Assembly: GCA_002269645.1 (NCBI GenBank)
Contig: NIVC01001046.1
Span: 310,705-374,704, forward strand
Direction: 5' to 3'
Source: Macrostomum lignano
Lineage: Eukaryota
DNA: 64,000 nucleotides
Shown here: in pieces, positions 52,481 to 64,000 of the stretch
Layout of the letters: every line of letters starts with the position of its first letter
Numbering within the stretch: position 1 is the first letter of the stretch
Program-made: the position numbers and the translations under genes
The notes under the pieces: model-generated
The model's input: only the letters and a program-made list of their open reading frames with translations
The model's database searches: none
What the model was told of the DNA's origin: nothing

Positions 52481-55421
52481 TCCATTCTGCGGCTGACTGT
52501 TTTATAGTTCCCTGACATCTTTATTAGTGCACCACACGAAAATAAAATCAGGGTTCCTATGTATTTTAGGATTTTGCAAGATTGTGCAAACAATGCTAAC
52601 CATACTACTGTCAAGCATATAAGTTGTTGATGACACTAAAAACCTTTTTTGCACAGAAAAGCAACACTAATTGATAGTCCAGAGAAAAATCAATATGCTT
52701 TTGATTTAGTATGCTATTTGTCTTAGTTTTCTTAGTCAAAGCACTTGTCAATATGTGTTTGTTATAATTATATTTAAACTTTTACTTCATTCAACTATTG
52801 ATATGGTTAGTTTTCTATTAGCTATGTGTTAAAATTTATATCAGTTTGTTTCTCAAACTAAATACATTATAGCCATATGAAATTAAGAAAAATGGTATAA
52901 ATGGATGATAGTTAATATGACAAAATCATATGACAAATGTGCTAATGATAAATTTGACCCAAATCTTCATTGTCCAAGACAAATAAGACACAACAAGAAA
53001 TCCTGAAATTTTTCTTGTCTTTTGAGAAAATTACCTAGTAAAAATTATTTCAATTTATTTAAATCAAAATACTTAGACAAAATTGTCTTATTTTATATTT
53101 TTTATTATTTTGGATAATTATAGGGTATCTTTATTACTTATTTTTTAAACTAGCCACTTTTTCCTAATCCCAATTTCTGTTAATGTGCATTTAAACAAAT
53201 TTGTAACTTTTTTACTATATTCATGTTAGTTTAAAAAAACTTTCTATAAAAGTTCATTACTTTTGTTGAATAGATTTTTCAAAAATACAAAATGAATAGC
53301 TTTATGTATATTTGGTAATCTTTTACTTTACTAAAGGTTTATTTTTTCTTGGAAAATTTGCAATTATAATAGGTATAGAATGACATGGCTTGAAAGATTT
53401 GTTTTTTGCATAAAATCTCTGATAAATTGTCTAATAGGTAGACTTAGCCAATGCAAGATAGATACACTAGACTTAGCTCGTATAACTAAAGCAATCAAAT
53501 AAGTCAATTATCGTAGTCCAGCTACATCTATAGCTCTATCTATTATACTAGTTGATGACTTGCTTGACCTTGTTTATGACCTTGATATTACAATATAGCT
53601 TCCTATAAAGTTTTTGAAACTTATCAATCCATCTATTGAACCTATTTAGTAATAAATCTAGGAAGAGAGAATGGGGGGGTGGCTGTGCTCCTTTTTTGCT
53701 ATGGCTAGACTAGACTTGTATATAAGGAGGAAGGTATTTTAATTTTGGACTTCTTTCAGCCCAACCTGAACATTTTGGCTAGGCCTAACCTGCCCCCCAT
53801 ACTTAAGAACCCCTAGATCTTCTGCTACTGAATCCAATATAGTATTCATCATTAAACTAAATGAAATAGCAAATTTTCAAAATAAAGTACATTTTAACAA
53901 GTAAAGATAAAAGATTGCCATAATGCTATATATATTTATATGCTTTAAGGCCTCAAAATGGTTGATTAAAATAAACAATTTATGTATTATAATTTATAAA
54001 TGCCTATAGGGCCTAGGCTATATTTAAATAAGAGATAGGCCTAGGCTAAGTGAAAATGATACGAAATAGGAAAAATCAATTTTAAATCAAGAAATAAATA
54101 ATGGCCTTTAAGAAGGTATTCAAATTATATAGTGAAATCTTTATAAAAAAAGAAAAAATCTTATTTATACATAATGTTGTTTTCAAATAACAATTAATCA
54201 TAATAAATAGGCATTAACTAATAGTTACATGATAAAATTTAAAAATATGGAGTTGAAGCATTTTATTTCAACTTTCAAGTACATGTTTTTAAATTGATTT
54301 AAGAATTAACAACATTGAATCATTATATAGGCTTTTGATACACAGGAAGTGGTTTCAATTTTTTGGCTAGTAGAAAAATGCAGCATTTTTGTTTAAATCA
54401 TATGGAATGCTACTAAATTTTATTAAATTGCCTAAGACTTTAAGAAAATAATATAATTTAGTTTGTAGCTGTAGAATTAAATTTAATAATACACTAATTA
54501 GATACATGCAAAATTAATTAGAAAGGGAAGTAAAATAGGCCTAGTAAAGCACAAAGTCTCCAAAAATAGGCTTTTCACGAAGATCGGTTCTAGAACCAAA
54601 ATAATTCTGATTCCAGAACCAGAATCGGTAGGAAAATGAAAAGCTTCGAACCCATTTTATGTTTGTCAGTCTTTACAGTTTAATTTTGTTTTTCCTTGAC
54701 TTTGTTTCCTCTTGGATATTACAAAAACGGAATAATTATATAGTATATACCAATAATAAAATTTGACGATTTCAAATAGATTTCACTGTTAAAGTGTACT
54801 TCAGTAAACATGACAACGGATCAAGAAAATTTCTCGATCCAAATTCCAGATCCAGAACATGGTTCTGGAACCGATTCTGAAAACGGAACAGACAATATGA
54901 AGCTTCGAACCGATTCTGGTTCTGAAATCGGTAATATGAAAAGCCTAAAAGTCAAAAGACAAAGAGCAGCATTGTTAAAAAATCGTCAGATGGATAGAAG
55001 TTGAACATAACCAATTTAGTGAGAGAAGCCTTTCTTTCTTTAACAATATTTTACAATTTACTAGTTTTTTTTTAAACGAAGACAAACATACGCAGGAAAA
55101 CGTTTAAATTTGACTGGTTGGTACAGTCCGTACGTTTTTGTTAAACTGTTTATATTTAATTTCCCGCCAGGTTTATTTTAAGGTCTAATATAAAATATTG
55201 AAACGATCTCAGCGACAGGCTACACTCTAATTGTTTTCGGACTATATAGGTTATAGGTTACAGGCCGTTTGTAATTTTATCGAATCTTTTACGACTGACA
55301 GGGTATTGGCAACTCTTCTCATGATGGTTAAATTTGCATACACTAGTGCAGTTTGACACGATTCAGTTGCCAGGAATACGCGCGTGTACGTGATGCGTTA
55401 CACGTAGTTTAAGTTTTTGAG

Positions 55422-55480
55422 TAGCTTAGCGGTAAACACGTCTGACTCTCTCGCACCACGATCGTGCGTTCGATACCGAT
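55422..55480 (+). mobile_element. Possible tRNA-derived SINE head (different family)
   Basis: GTAGCTTAGCGGT A-box-like and GCGTTCGATAC B-box-like motifs at tRNA-like spacing; no acceptor stem. Confidence 0.4.
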
Positions 55481-56252
55481 AATTTAGCCCTTGTGTGAAA
55501 AATGGCTAGGGTTGTCGTGCGATTCACACACAAGAATCCCCAATTGCGCCAATCCCCAAAGCACAGCAGCTAAAAGGGTGTACATACCTGTGACGTAATT
55601 CAGACTGCATGAAAACACCTGTGCAAACCCTTGGGATATATGAGTCATCACGGGGGCACAGGGATCACAACTGGGAGAAAGTGAGGGTGCGCGCAAACAT
55701 TAGTGGGGAGGCCCAGGATTTCCCAACGCAATAAATGTCATAGCTGCAGCCTGCAAAATTCAATGTACTCGTGCTTTATTAAAAACAAATAAACGAATGC
55801 AATTAATAAAATTTTATTTTAAAAAGAGGAACTTTCAGATATGTGTTACGAACGTGGACGTTTATATATTGTGTTACACAATTTCTGACTATTAAAAAAG
55901 TAACATTTCACATACGGAAGTGGAGCTGCTGATGTTTTTCGAATGTTTGATTCGAAGCATTCTATTTATAAAAGTACGATGGACTGTATAAATTAGCGAA
56001 CTATAAGGAACTAATAAGAACTATTTGATTTGTGACTTCTATCACAGAGACGCCAGCGCTGTAGTATCGGAAAATAAGTCTAGAAAAGATTTCGCATTTC
56101 GTGATCAGCAGAGCAAAATTAAAGGAAGAAATTGCATGGCTTTTCATTTTCTTCATTTGGATTCGACTAATTGTTCTCATGCTACAGTGTAGTTCTTACC
56201 TGGTGTGCCGCTTTGCTGAAGAGTAGGAGGTGGCATTTTAGGATTAGAGTCA

Positions 56253-56578
56253 GGGCGCACTTTAAGCGACATTGTCACACAACCGGTGAGAGGCATTACG
56301 GCCGATTCCGCAGACTCCCCTGAGCAGGCACACAAGCGCGCGGATCCGTACGCAGTCATACGCACAGGCACTCACACAGGAGTGTACAGCGGCCCAAAAA
56401 TTTATTTATCGTTAGGCATGTACACTTCACGGTGCCTTGGGGTGGCTCTCAAGAGCGTTAATGACACGAGCAGAGCCAAGCCGAGATTCCAATTCAGCCC
56501 TAAATTAATGTGACTGCACTTGGAATCGAGCCTGGGCCGCTGGCACACCAGAGCGCCGCGCTGGACGCACTGGGCTTA
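56253..56578 (-). mobile_element. tRNA-derived SINE, family A copy 3
   Basis: High similarity to 24723-25020 (gcgcactttaagcgacattgtcacacaaccgg..ggaatcgagcctgggccgctggcacaccagagcg). Confidence 0.88.
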
Positions 56579-56883
56579 TGGTATCCTTCCCCCTCTGAAC
56601 TGTTGGACGGGAGCAATCCACCGGTGAACCGGGGATATTTAGAAACCCACACCAGTGAAACGGGAATCCGCAGGGTAATCGAGGAAATGGGGCAATGGCC
56701 ATCTATGGACTGGGGTTAGTCTAGCAACTTTAGACTGCATCAATATTATCCAAATGAAGAAACACGTCAAGCTTGATTGCTAAGAGGAAATTCTACTAAC
56801 CAACTGAGTGAAGTGTAAATGAACAATTGTGACTCGTAGGTCAAAAAATGTAAGACAACCATCGCCACTTTCAAACGATCCAA

Positions 56884-57404
56884 TTACGATCGAAAGTCCT
56901 CCACGCCCGCCTGGGTCATCAGGTCGGCGACGCTACGCTCGAGTTCGTCAATACGCCGGCCCATTTCGTCGATTCGGCCGGTGATGCGGTCGCTGGTGTG
57001 GCCGAAATTGTCGGTCATGCCCTGCAGCATGGCCTGCAGCTGCAGGTGGCGAGGAGGGTAGCGGATCGGTAAGCATATCCCGGACTACAGATATTAAAAA
57101 ACCATAGACAGTTCGTTAGTAATACTCGTTTAAGCTAATATTAATTTAGTAGCTTGAACGAACAGGCCGATCCACGCAGAATGTCGCTTTAATTTTCGAC
57201 AGTGCCCAAAAAAGCAATACGCTAAATACTGTTGGCTTGAATCCGGTTCTAACATGGTGTTCCTTAAAGCTTTGTGTTTTTGCCTTCTTCTGGTTCGTCA
57301 AGACGTCCCCAGACCAACAAGCCCCAGCTTACGTGATTCGTGAGCTCTTGGACATTGTGCGGATCAACAACTCCATATGATTTATCCTTGGCGAAGTCGG
57401 CCAT
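56884..57404 (-). CDS. HSBP1: Heat shock factor-binding protein 1; exons 57404-57333 and 57039-56884 (75 aa); absent from the ORF track
   Basis: [75 protein letters not shown] matches recalled human HSBP1 ([38 protein letters not shown]). Phase-0 GTAAGC..CAG intron. Confidence 0.93.
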
Positions 57405-57586
57405 GCTGCAGTAACTGTCTGTTCCAGCTGCTAGTCAAGTCTGGAGAGCTTGAAAAGAAAAATTTTAATTTCTCTGCCTTCCTTCCTTTATTTCAAAGCC
57501 TCTCTCTGCTGCTGCAGGTAAGCTTTTAGGCATGGGGAGAGGCAGTGATAAGAGGGAAGCAAGTCAACGGTAGAGAGACGGTTTGC

Positions 57587-57601
57587 GTTGCCATTGGTTA
57601 C
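57587..57601 (-). promoter_or_regulatory. Candidate RFX X-box
   Basis: Minus strand GTAACC-AAT-GGCAAC fits GTNRCC(N0-3)RGYAAC and lies 183 bp upstream of the HSBP1 ATG. Motif match only. Confidence 0.45.
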
Positions 57602-57987
57602 GACAGGCACAGCTGAGGCAGGGGTAGCGTTCGGGGACAGAGAAATTCAGAAGAGAGAAAAAGAGACGGAGAGACGGAAGGGTGGAGCAGGGGATGAATC
57701 AGCTGCGTGCCTGATGCCCACTGGGCCGTCCCTGCACTCAGCTAGCAGTGCAACTCTCATGCTTCCACTTTGCTCTCTCCTCCTCTGTCTCCACATGCTT
57801 CTCATGTGGCGCCCCGGATCGAGGGCAAACATTGCCAAGTGCAAATATTCGCAAGACTCTCTACGAGAACCAGCTGGGACAGCGCGACATATGCTAGCTA
57901 CTTAATGCGTCCAAATTTTATTGAAAAATGCAAACAAAAACTTTAAGTTCAACGCCAATTCTTTGCGCCATTCTTTCGAACAGTCAA

Positions 57988-58343
57988 ACTGACTGACTGA
58001 CTGACTGACTGACTGACTGACTGACTGACTGACTGACTGACTGACTGACTGACTGACTGACTGACTGACTGACTGACTGACTGACTGACTGACTGACTGA
58101 CTGACTGACTGACTGACTGACTGACTGACTGACTGACTGACTGACTGACTGACTGACTGACTGACTGACTGACTGACTGACTGACTGACTGACTGACTGA
58201 CTGACTGACTGACTGACTGACTGACTGACTGACTGACTGACTGACTGACTGACTGACTGACTGACTGACTGACTGACTGACTGACTGACTGACTGACTGA
58301 CTGACTGACTGACTGACTGACTGACTAACTGACTGACTGACTG
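57988..58343. repeat. (GACT)n microsatellite
   Basis: About 355 bp, one interruption. Confidence 0.98.
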
Positions 58344-58495
58344 TCATGAGGGCTGTATGGACGCCAAAAAGATTAAAGAGAGCCGATAGAATAAGTTTTG
58401 AATTAATATATTTTGATCAAATTGAAAAACTCCACCAAATGTTAACTTTTCACCGAATTTGTCAGATAATCAGAAAAGGAGAATCAGTTTCAGAG

Positions 58496-61400
58496 TCATT
58501 TGCAGTAGCCGCAAGTCCTGGCGCACAGACTGCGCATTGAGCGGCACATGTTGCTCTTCTTCACGAACAGGCAGTCAACAGGGCGGATTTTGTCTTTGCA
58601 TTCTGGAAGACGTGCGGGATTCGTGGGATTTGGCGGAAGGTATTCAGGAAAGATTAAGTTAAGAATGACAGCTAATGAAAGCTTTGACTTACTCTGAGTT
58701 GAGGCGCACTTCTCGCTGGAGGTGTAACGTTTCGGCACGCAAACGTTCGATCCGGGATACGTGACGTAATATATAAAGCAGCGGATTCGCTTGCCGCACT
58801 TGCACTGAGACACGGTGGACCGATCGCGCGGACATTTCGGCGAGCAAGAGAAAACGGCGAGACTTCGGCGAACAATGCAGTGACCCTTCACACGGATTGT
58901 GTACAGTGTGACTACCTGCCGGATCCATTTCTTGCCGTGACGATAGCACTTGCTAATCAGCTTTCTGGTGACTAAGCCGCAGTTCTTGCAGCTATAAGTC
59001 TTAGCATGAGAGCTGATGCGACATCGGCCATTGACAAAGCGGGCGACGATCTTTGTAATTTTGCGTTGGCCATTTTTGCACGGTCCGATCAACTGGTAAG
59101 AGCCGACTTGGCAACGGACGCAGCGCAGGTTTTTGATTCTGACAGAAACGCGCCACAGACGTAGTTTTTTATCGTAGTAGACCTGAACTCTAATGTCCTT
59201 CTGCCAGCCGGACTTGGAGCAGCGGCTGCGCCAGTGGTAGCCTCTCGGTTGACGCTTGCAAACACCGCAAGTGTAATTGCACAGATGACGTACGAGGTGC
59301 CTGGAACACTTCGACTTCTTGCAGAATTCTCGTCTGTCCTCGCATTTGCGACATGGCACTCGCAGTTTGTGCACCCGCCTTTGGCAGCTACCGCTGCGAT
59401 TCCGCTTCCACGTAGCCACCGCTGCTGTCCTGTAGCATACGCGCTGCTTGCCTAATTTGATGCAGCTGCACTTGTATTGCTTCAGGATGCGGCGGAAGGG
59501 ACATTTAGTAGGACAGATCCGCTCAAACAAAATACAGTCTCGCGTCTTGCGCAACTTCAGCGACGGGAACCGCAGGAGGAGACCTCTGCGATTGATTCGC
59601 AGAAGGAGACACTTTCGCGTTGAATGATCATAGTCGAATGCCCGGCATTTGCTGTTTTTCTGACAGCTGCTCATGCAAACGTCGAATGAGGTGCGCTGAG
59701 CCAAAATGAACGAGCGTCGGAAGTGCCGCTGCTTGCTGAGGCAGAAATTTTTGGCATAAATGAGCCGCGTTTTGGGGCAGCCTGTGGGAGAATTGGTTTT
59801 GAATTACAGTTGAAAATATCAATATTCGTGTTCTATAAAGCAAAGTTAGTGCTTACCATAGCAACGATGGCAGGTCCTCGCGCAAAGACGCTTGGCGAAA
59901 TACGGGTATTTGTCGCACAATTGAATCTTGTTAGAAGCGGCCCACTTTCTGCATATTCCAGTGGGTAGCAGGTCTCTACACTTGGACTTGCATTGCACCA
60001 CGCGTCTGTAGATCTTCGATACGCATTTACATTTTACAGGCTTGTGAATGACAACAATAACTGCTTGAGTCTTGCCTGTACATTTTGACACCTTTGTGCG
60101 CGCCTTCGGACAACGTATAAGTCTGTAGCTTGTAAACTTTCGAAGCTTGCAACTGTTACCACTTACAAAGAAGCGATACTCAGTTACCACTAAGCGGTTG
60201 TTTCTAAGGCAACTGTAGCGTTTGTATGGCTTCTGACAGGCGCAAAGCTTCAAGAAAGAATTGGAAACGGTTTTGCAGCTGCAACCGACGCGTCGCTTCC
60301 ATGTCTGCACGACTCGCGCGTACTTTTTATTTCCCTTAACGATATTACACGGGCCAGTAACACTATGACGCTTGGAGCTGCACGTCACACGAACTCTTGA
60401 GGTGATCTTGCTGCGTGCAATGCACTTATTTCCAGACTTCTGCCAATAATGGTGAATGTAAACCACGAGCCGGAGCGGCACTTCTTGGTTGCGTAACCGC
60501 GCCTACATCTGCAAAGCTCATAGCGCGACTTTGTGTACTTGATGCAGACACAATTTCTCTTCTTCCAATAGCACTCGACCCACTTTCGATAGAATCCATT
60601 CTGTCTGGCAGCACATTTGGATTTTTTCGTTCGAGGTGAAGGACAGCGGACTGGTCGGTAAATTTTGCGAGACACGCGGCGACAACTGCGTTTGTGGAAT
60701 TCAAGCCAAGAATGGACTTCAACATGCTGCTGCGAACGTTTGTCGCAGTAGCGGTATTTCTGAAGTTGCCGCTTGCAACCTGAAATAACATAACACTTAG
60801 GGTTTGTAACTGTTTGATTGAGTAGAAAATTAACTACATTGGTAGAAAATTGAACTTACAGCAAGTTTCCTTCCACACTTTATAATGACGCTTGCATTTG
60901 CAGTTTCGCACAGTGTACCATATGCTTCCCATACTTCTCTTGCAGCTCGAACGATTGCATTTACCCCTGACTATTTTTCGAGTCTTGCACGTTACGCGAG
61001 AAGTGCGGCATCTGCGGTTTTTGGTGCACCCAGTCGGTTTGAGAGTGTAAGTATAGTGGCAGCGCTGCTGGTGATTTCCCCGAACGCAGGTGTTGACAAC
61101 GTGCTGCTTAGGACAACGGCAGCGTATGAGCTGGTGTCGGCGGCCAACCTTACAGCGGCACTGTGCAACATGCCGAGTTACTATCGTGTCTTTCCTCCAG
61201 CCATCTTTGCGACACGGTCCTCGGTGAAGCTTGGAGCGTGGCCGACAGGCTGCATGCACTTGAGCGGAAATGTCATACCGGCGCACGCTTCGATGACAGG
61301 CGTGCTTCTTGAATCGGTATGAGGTGACAACTCGGTACAGTCTGTTTTTGTAACACTTCTTTTCAACGCTGTCTCTGTGAATGCAGCAGCACAGCTTCCA

Positions 61401-64000
61401 CCAGCTTTTGGATCTGCGCACGCATTTCTTTCTACGCCGATCCAAATAGAATGTGGTGCGTGTATACACTCTCCTGCAGTTGTGTTTGTGACAAGCGGAA
61501 TGCTTAACGACCGGCTTGGCACAAGCTTTCTTGCAGATTCTCTCAAACAGGCGCGTGTGCGGAGAAGTGATACCTACAGAATGTATGAGTTGAAGCATCT
61601 TAACATTGAAACAAGTGTCATAAACTTAATTCAAATACAGAAAATTTGCATCAAAAAGAAATGGTTAACCTACTTGCGCGCGAATTCCAAGTTCCATGTA
61701 ATGCATTTTGATTGGTTTTGAAGCCAGCCACTTGACGTATAGACCGGATTTGGGAATCGACGGAAGCCAACAACGAAAACGCTGGCTTTGCGCTTAATCT
61801 TGTCGGCCAGTGCGACTGTCTTGTGCTGCTTGCTATGTTTGCCGCAGGTAATGATTACTACAATCTTTTCTACACCCGGTCGGGACTTAGCGTGTAGACG
61901 CCTATTGACTTCCTTAAGAGCCCGCACAAATCGGTTCTTGTGTGGTAAATGCCTTGATAGGTAGTTTTCAAATGCTTCAATTGTGAACGTGTACATTCCA
62001 GTTGTAGGAACCATAGTAATTGAACACTTGCAGAGGTGTGCAAAAAGTAGGTGGAAACGGTCTTTAGGAAGCTGACTATTCGTTTCTTGTAGCCACGCCT
62101 GTCTTTTCCGTACAGGTCAAACTCAAGAAAAGATCGACAGCTTTGTGGGCACAAGCGCACTTTCGGAATTCAGAGCGACACGGCGCACACAACGGCAGCC
62201 AATCTTTACCCAGTAGTGCACGATGTACCGTTGTTTTCCTCCTTTGCACCTTCCCTGGATAGCCCTGAGCACGCGCGCGTGTGCAGTTCACACGCTGAAA
62301 GAGTCCTTTGTTTTTGAGTAACAGCGACCATTTCTTAGCGTGTGAGTAATCCGTCTGATTCGTATCGCACCGCGAATACAAACTCGGGTCGTTGTTGCCT
62401 TGTTGCAACAGCATTTGCTCTTCTTCACTTGCTTCTTCATAATGCACTTACACTTGCGAACGCTGTATTGCTTGATTATTACTGTGCGATTACAGCGCTT
62501 GCAATTTCGTTGTATGGTCGATTTAGGACATGACACACGCTTTCTAGAGACAGTTCTATAGCTGACGCAACGACATCCAACCAAACGCCAACAGTTTCGA
62601 ATGGCCGCAACTTGATTGCCATTTTCGCACCTGTATGACAAAGTGCACCGACGACAATCAGAGTAGCACAGCACTCGTTTGGTTTGCCGTATGCATTTGC
62701 ATCCAGATCGGACAAAGCGCTTGTATACCTTATAGTATTTTGGTTTTCCTGCTGTACTGTGTGACAGCCGCCAAGTTGTGTCGCATCGAACCGCCTGTGA
62801 TTGACGCTTAACGTCCCGCACACAGCGACCACGACTTAATCGGTAAGAATAATGGAATGTAACTATATGTCCCGGTGGCAGATCTTCTTTTTGTGTGGCT
62901 TCAAACAGCGGCAGACAACCGAACGAGTTTGAACTCTTTTATGACAGCGACATGCCTTTTGATACCAGGAGACGGTCGTCTCAACCAAATAAAATCCGTA
63001 CTTTGTTGGTTTACTGCAGCAACTACGAGTCATTTTTTTCGTTTGCAAAGGATCGGTTTATCCACGCGACGTGTCTGCTTGAGGCATCTACCATTCGATA
63101 GTCTCCACACGGTGATGTAGCGCTCCTTACGACAACGGCCACGAGAACACTTGCAAAGAACTCTTTGCACTGGCTTCTTGCATTCTGTAATGTTAATGTT
63201 AGAAAAAACGATGTTCATTCGCACACCTTGCCTGAGCGGAAGAAAAATGAAAATAAAATTTTAAACGGGACTCACTGTATCTCAAGAACACAGTTTTGCA
63301 GCTTTTCACGCACTTGCAATCCTGCCGCTTAACCGAGCAACGGGTAACCTTCAGCACACCGCCAGGAAGCTTTTGTTTGGAAACCGTATTATGACGCTTG
63401 CACTCTGAAAATATCATGAAACATTTTATATAGCATGTCAAATACTTAAGGTAACATTTCCAGTATTAAGAGCTAAAAAACAGCACATACTAATTTTCCT
63501 GCTGCTCTTAGTAACCTTCTTGATACACTTCCACTGTTTGAGAACTCGCTTGGTGATAGTTGTGATGACGTACCCTCGTTTGCGGTCGCATTTAACTGTG
63601 CGTCTGTAGCCCTTACAGCAACACACGCGATGCCGATGATAACTCTTCCAAATGCATTTTTCGCCACTGAGAACCTGTTTCTTAAAAAGCAGCCTCTGGC
63701 GACACGATTTCTTGTTGCACGGTGCAGTCGAAACTAGTGTGCTACCGCGATGACAGCCTGAAAGTATTTTGTTTGAGTGTGCATTATTACTTAAAAATAA
63801 GATACGTTTGACGTCATGATTTGCACGAACTAAGCTAAAAATCTAAACGCAATACTTACCGCAGCGACGTATGTGTCGCGTTACTTTTTTAAAGCATCTG
63901 CAGTGCTTAACGTATGGCCTCGTCACAAAAACGTTAAGCTGTCCAGACTTCTTGTTGCAAACCTTTTTCACCTTCACCTGACCACAGCTCAAGCGTTGGC
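58496..64000 (-). CDS. 3' part of a very large Cys/Lys/Arg-rich modular protein (vWA-like, PAN/Apple, 3x ShKT, cationic Cys-rich repeats); 5' end outside window; multiple frameshifts
   Basis: Exons >64000-63860, 63757-63491, 63404-63276, 63184-61674, 61573-60860, 60779-59857, 59781-58693, 58602-58496 with short GT-AG introns. ShKT: CRDL..C..LCARTCHRC, CEDRREFC..CNYTCGVC, CKDK..LCARTCGYC. PAN: FDVCMSSCQKNSKCRAFDYDHSTRKCLL. vWA-like: AVDLF..IVSFLKTV..EKIVVIITCG..VFVVGF. Confidence 0.75.

Noticed and set aside
54580-55004. 64-aa ORF and gaaccagaatcggt / accgattctggttc inverted words
   Set aside because: No homology recognised. Probably a decayed inverted-repeat element, with ends too unclear to annotate.
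55367-55380. GTTGCCAGGAATAC as an X-box for LRRCC1
   Set aside because: Only one half-site fits the consensus.
57949-58347. QSVS-repeat ORF
   Set aside because: Translation of (GACT)n.

Overview
Animal (metazoan) genomic DNA with spliced, GC-rich exons and introns largely filled by intron-specific tandem repeats. The style resembles a free-living flatworm such as Macrostomum, but this is inference only. In order: the 3' part of a family-B (Methuselah/adhesion-like) GPCR (-); a decayed Crypton-type tyrosine-recombinase transposon (-); intronless TMEM216-family gene (-); a young, full-length BEL/Pao LTR retrotransposon (8346-14743, matching 257-bp LTRs, ATTGG TSD) ending 150 bp upstream of CDK20 (+); a 6-exon CYP26-like P450 (-); SINEs and non-autonomous DNA elements; TTLL10-like tubulin glycylase (+); LRRCC1 (-, at least 9 exons over ~18 kb, two apparent GC-AG introns), with an intronless FMRFamide-receptor-like GPCR nested antisense in intron 3; HSBP1 (-); and the 3' ~5.5 kb of a very large Cys/Lys/Arg-rich modular protein (vWA-like + PAN/Apple + 3 ShKT + cationic Cys-rich repeats) that I cannot assign to a known gene. 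Main leads: that protein, a local concentration of cilium/centrosome genes, a possible trans-spliced ATG-less LRRCC1 first exon, and a CCATAGAC-bounded element family around the Crypton. Several single-base frameshifts fall in homopolymers and may be assembly errors. All gene identities come from recalled protein sequences, not database searches.
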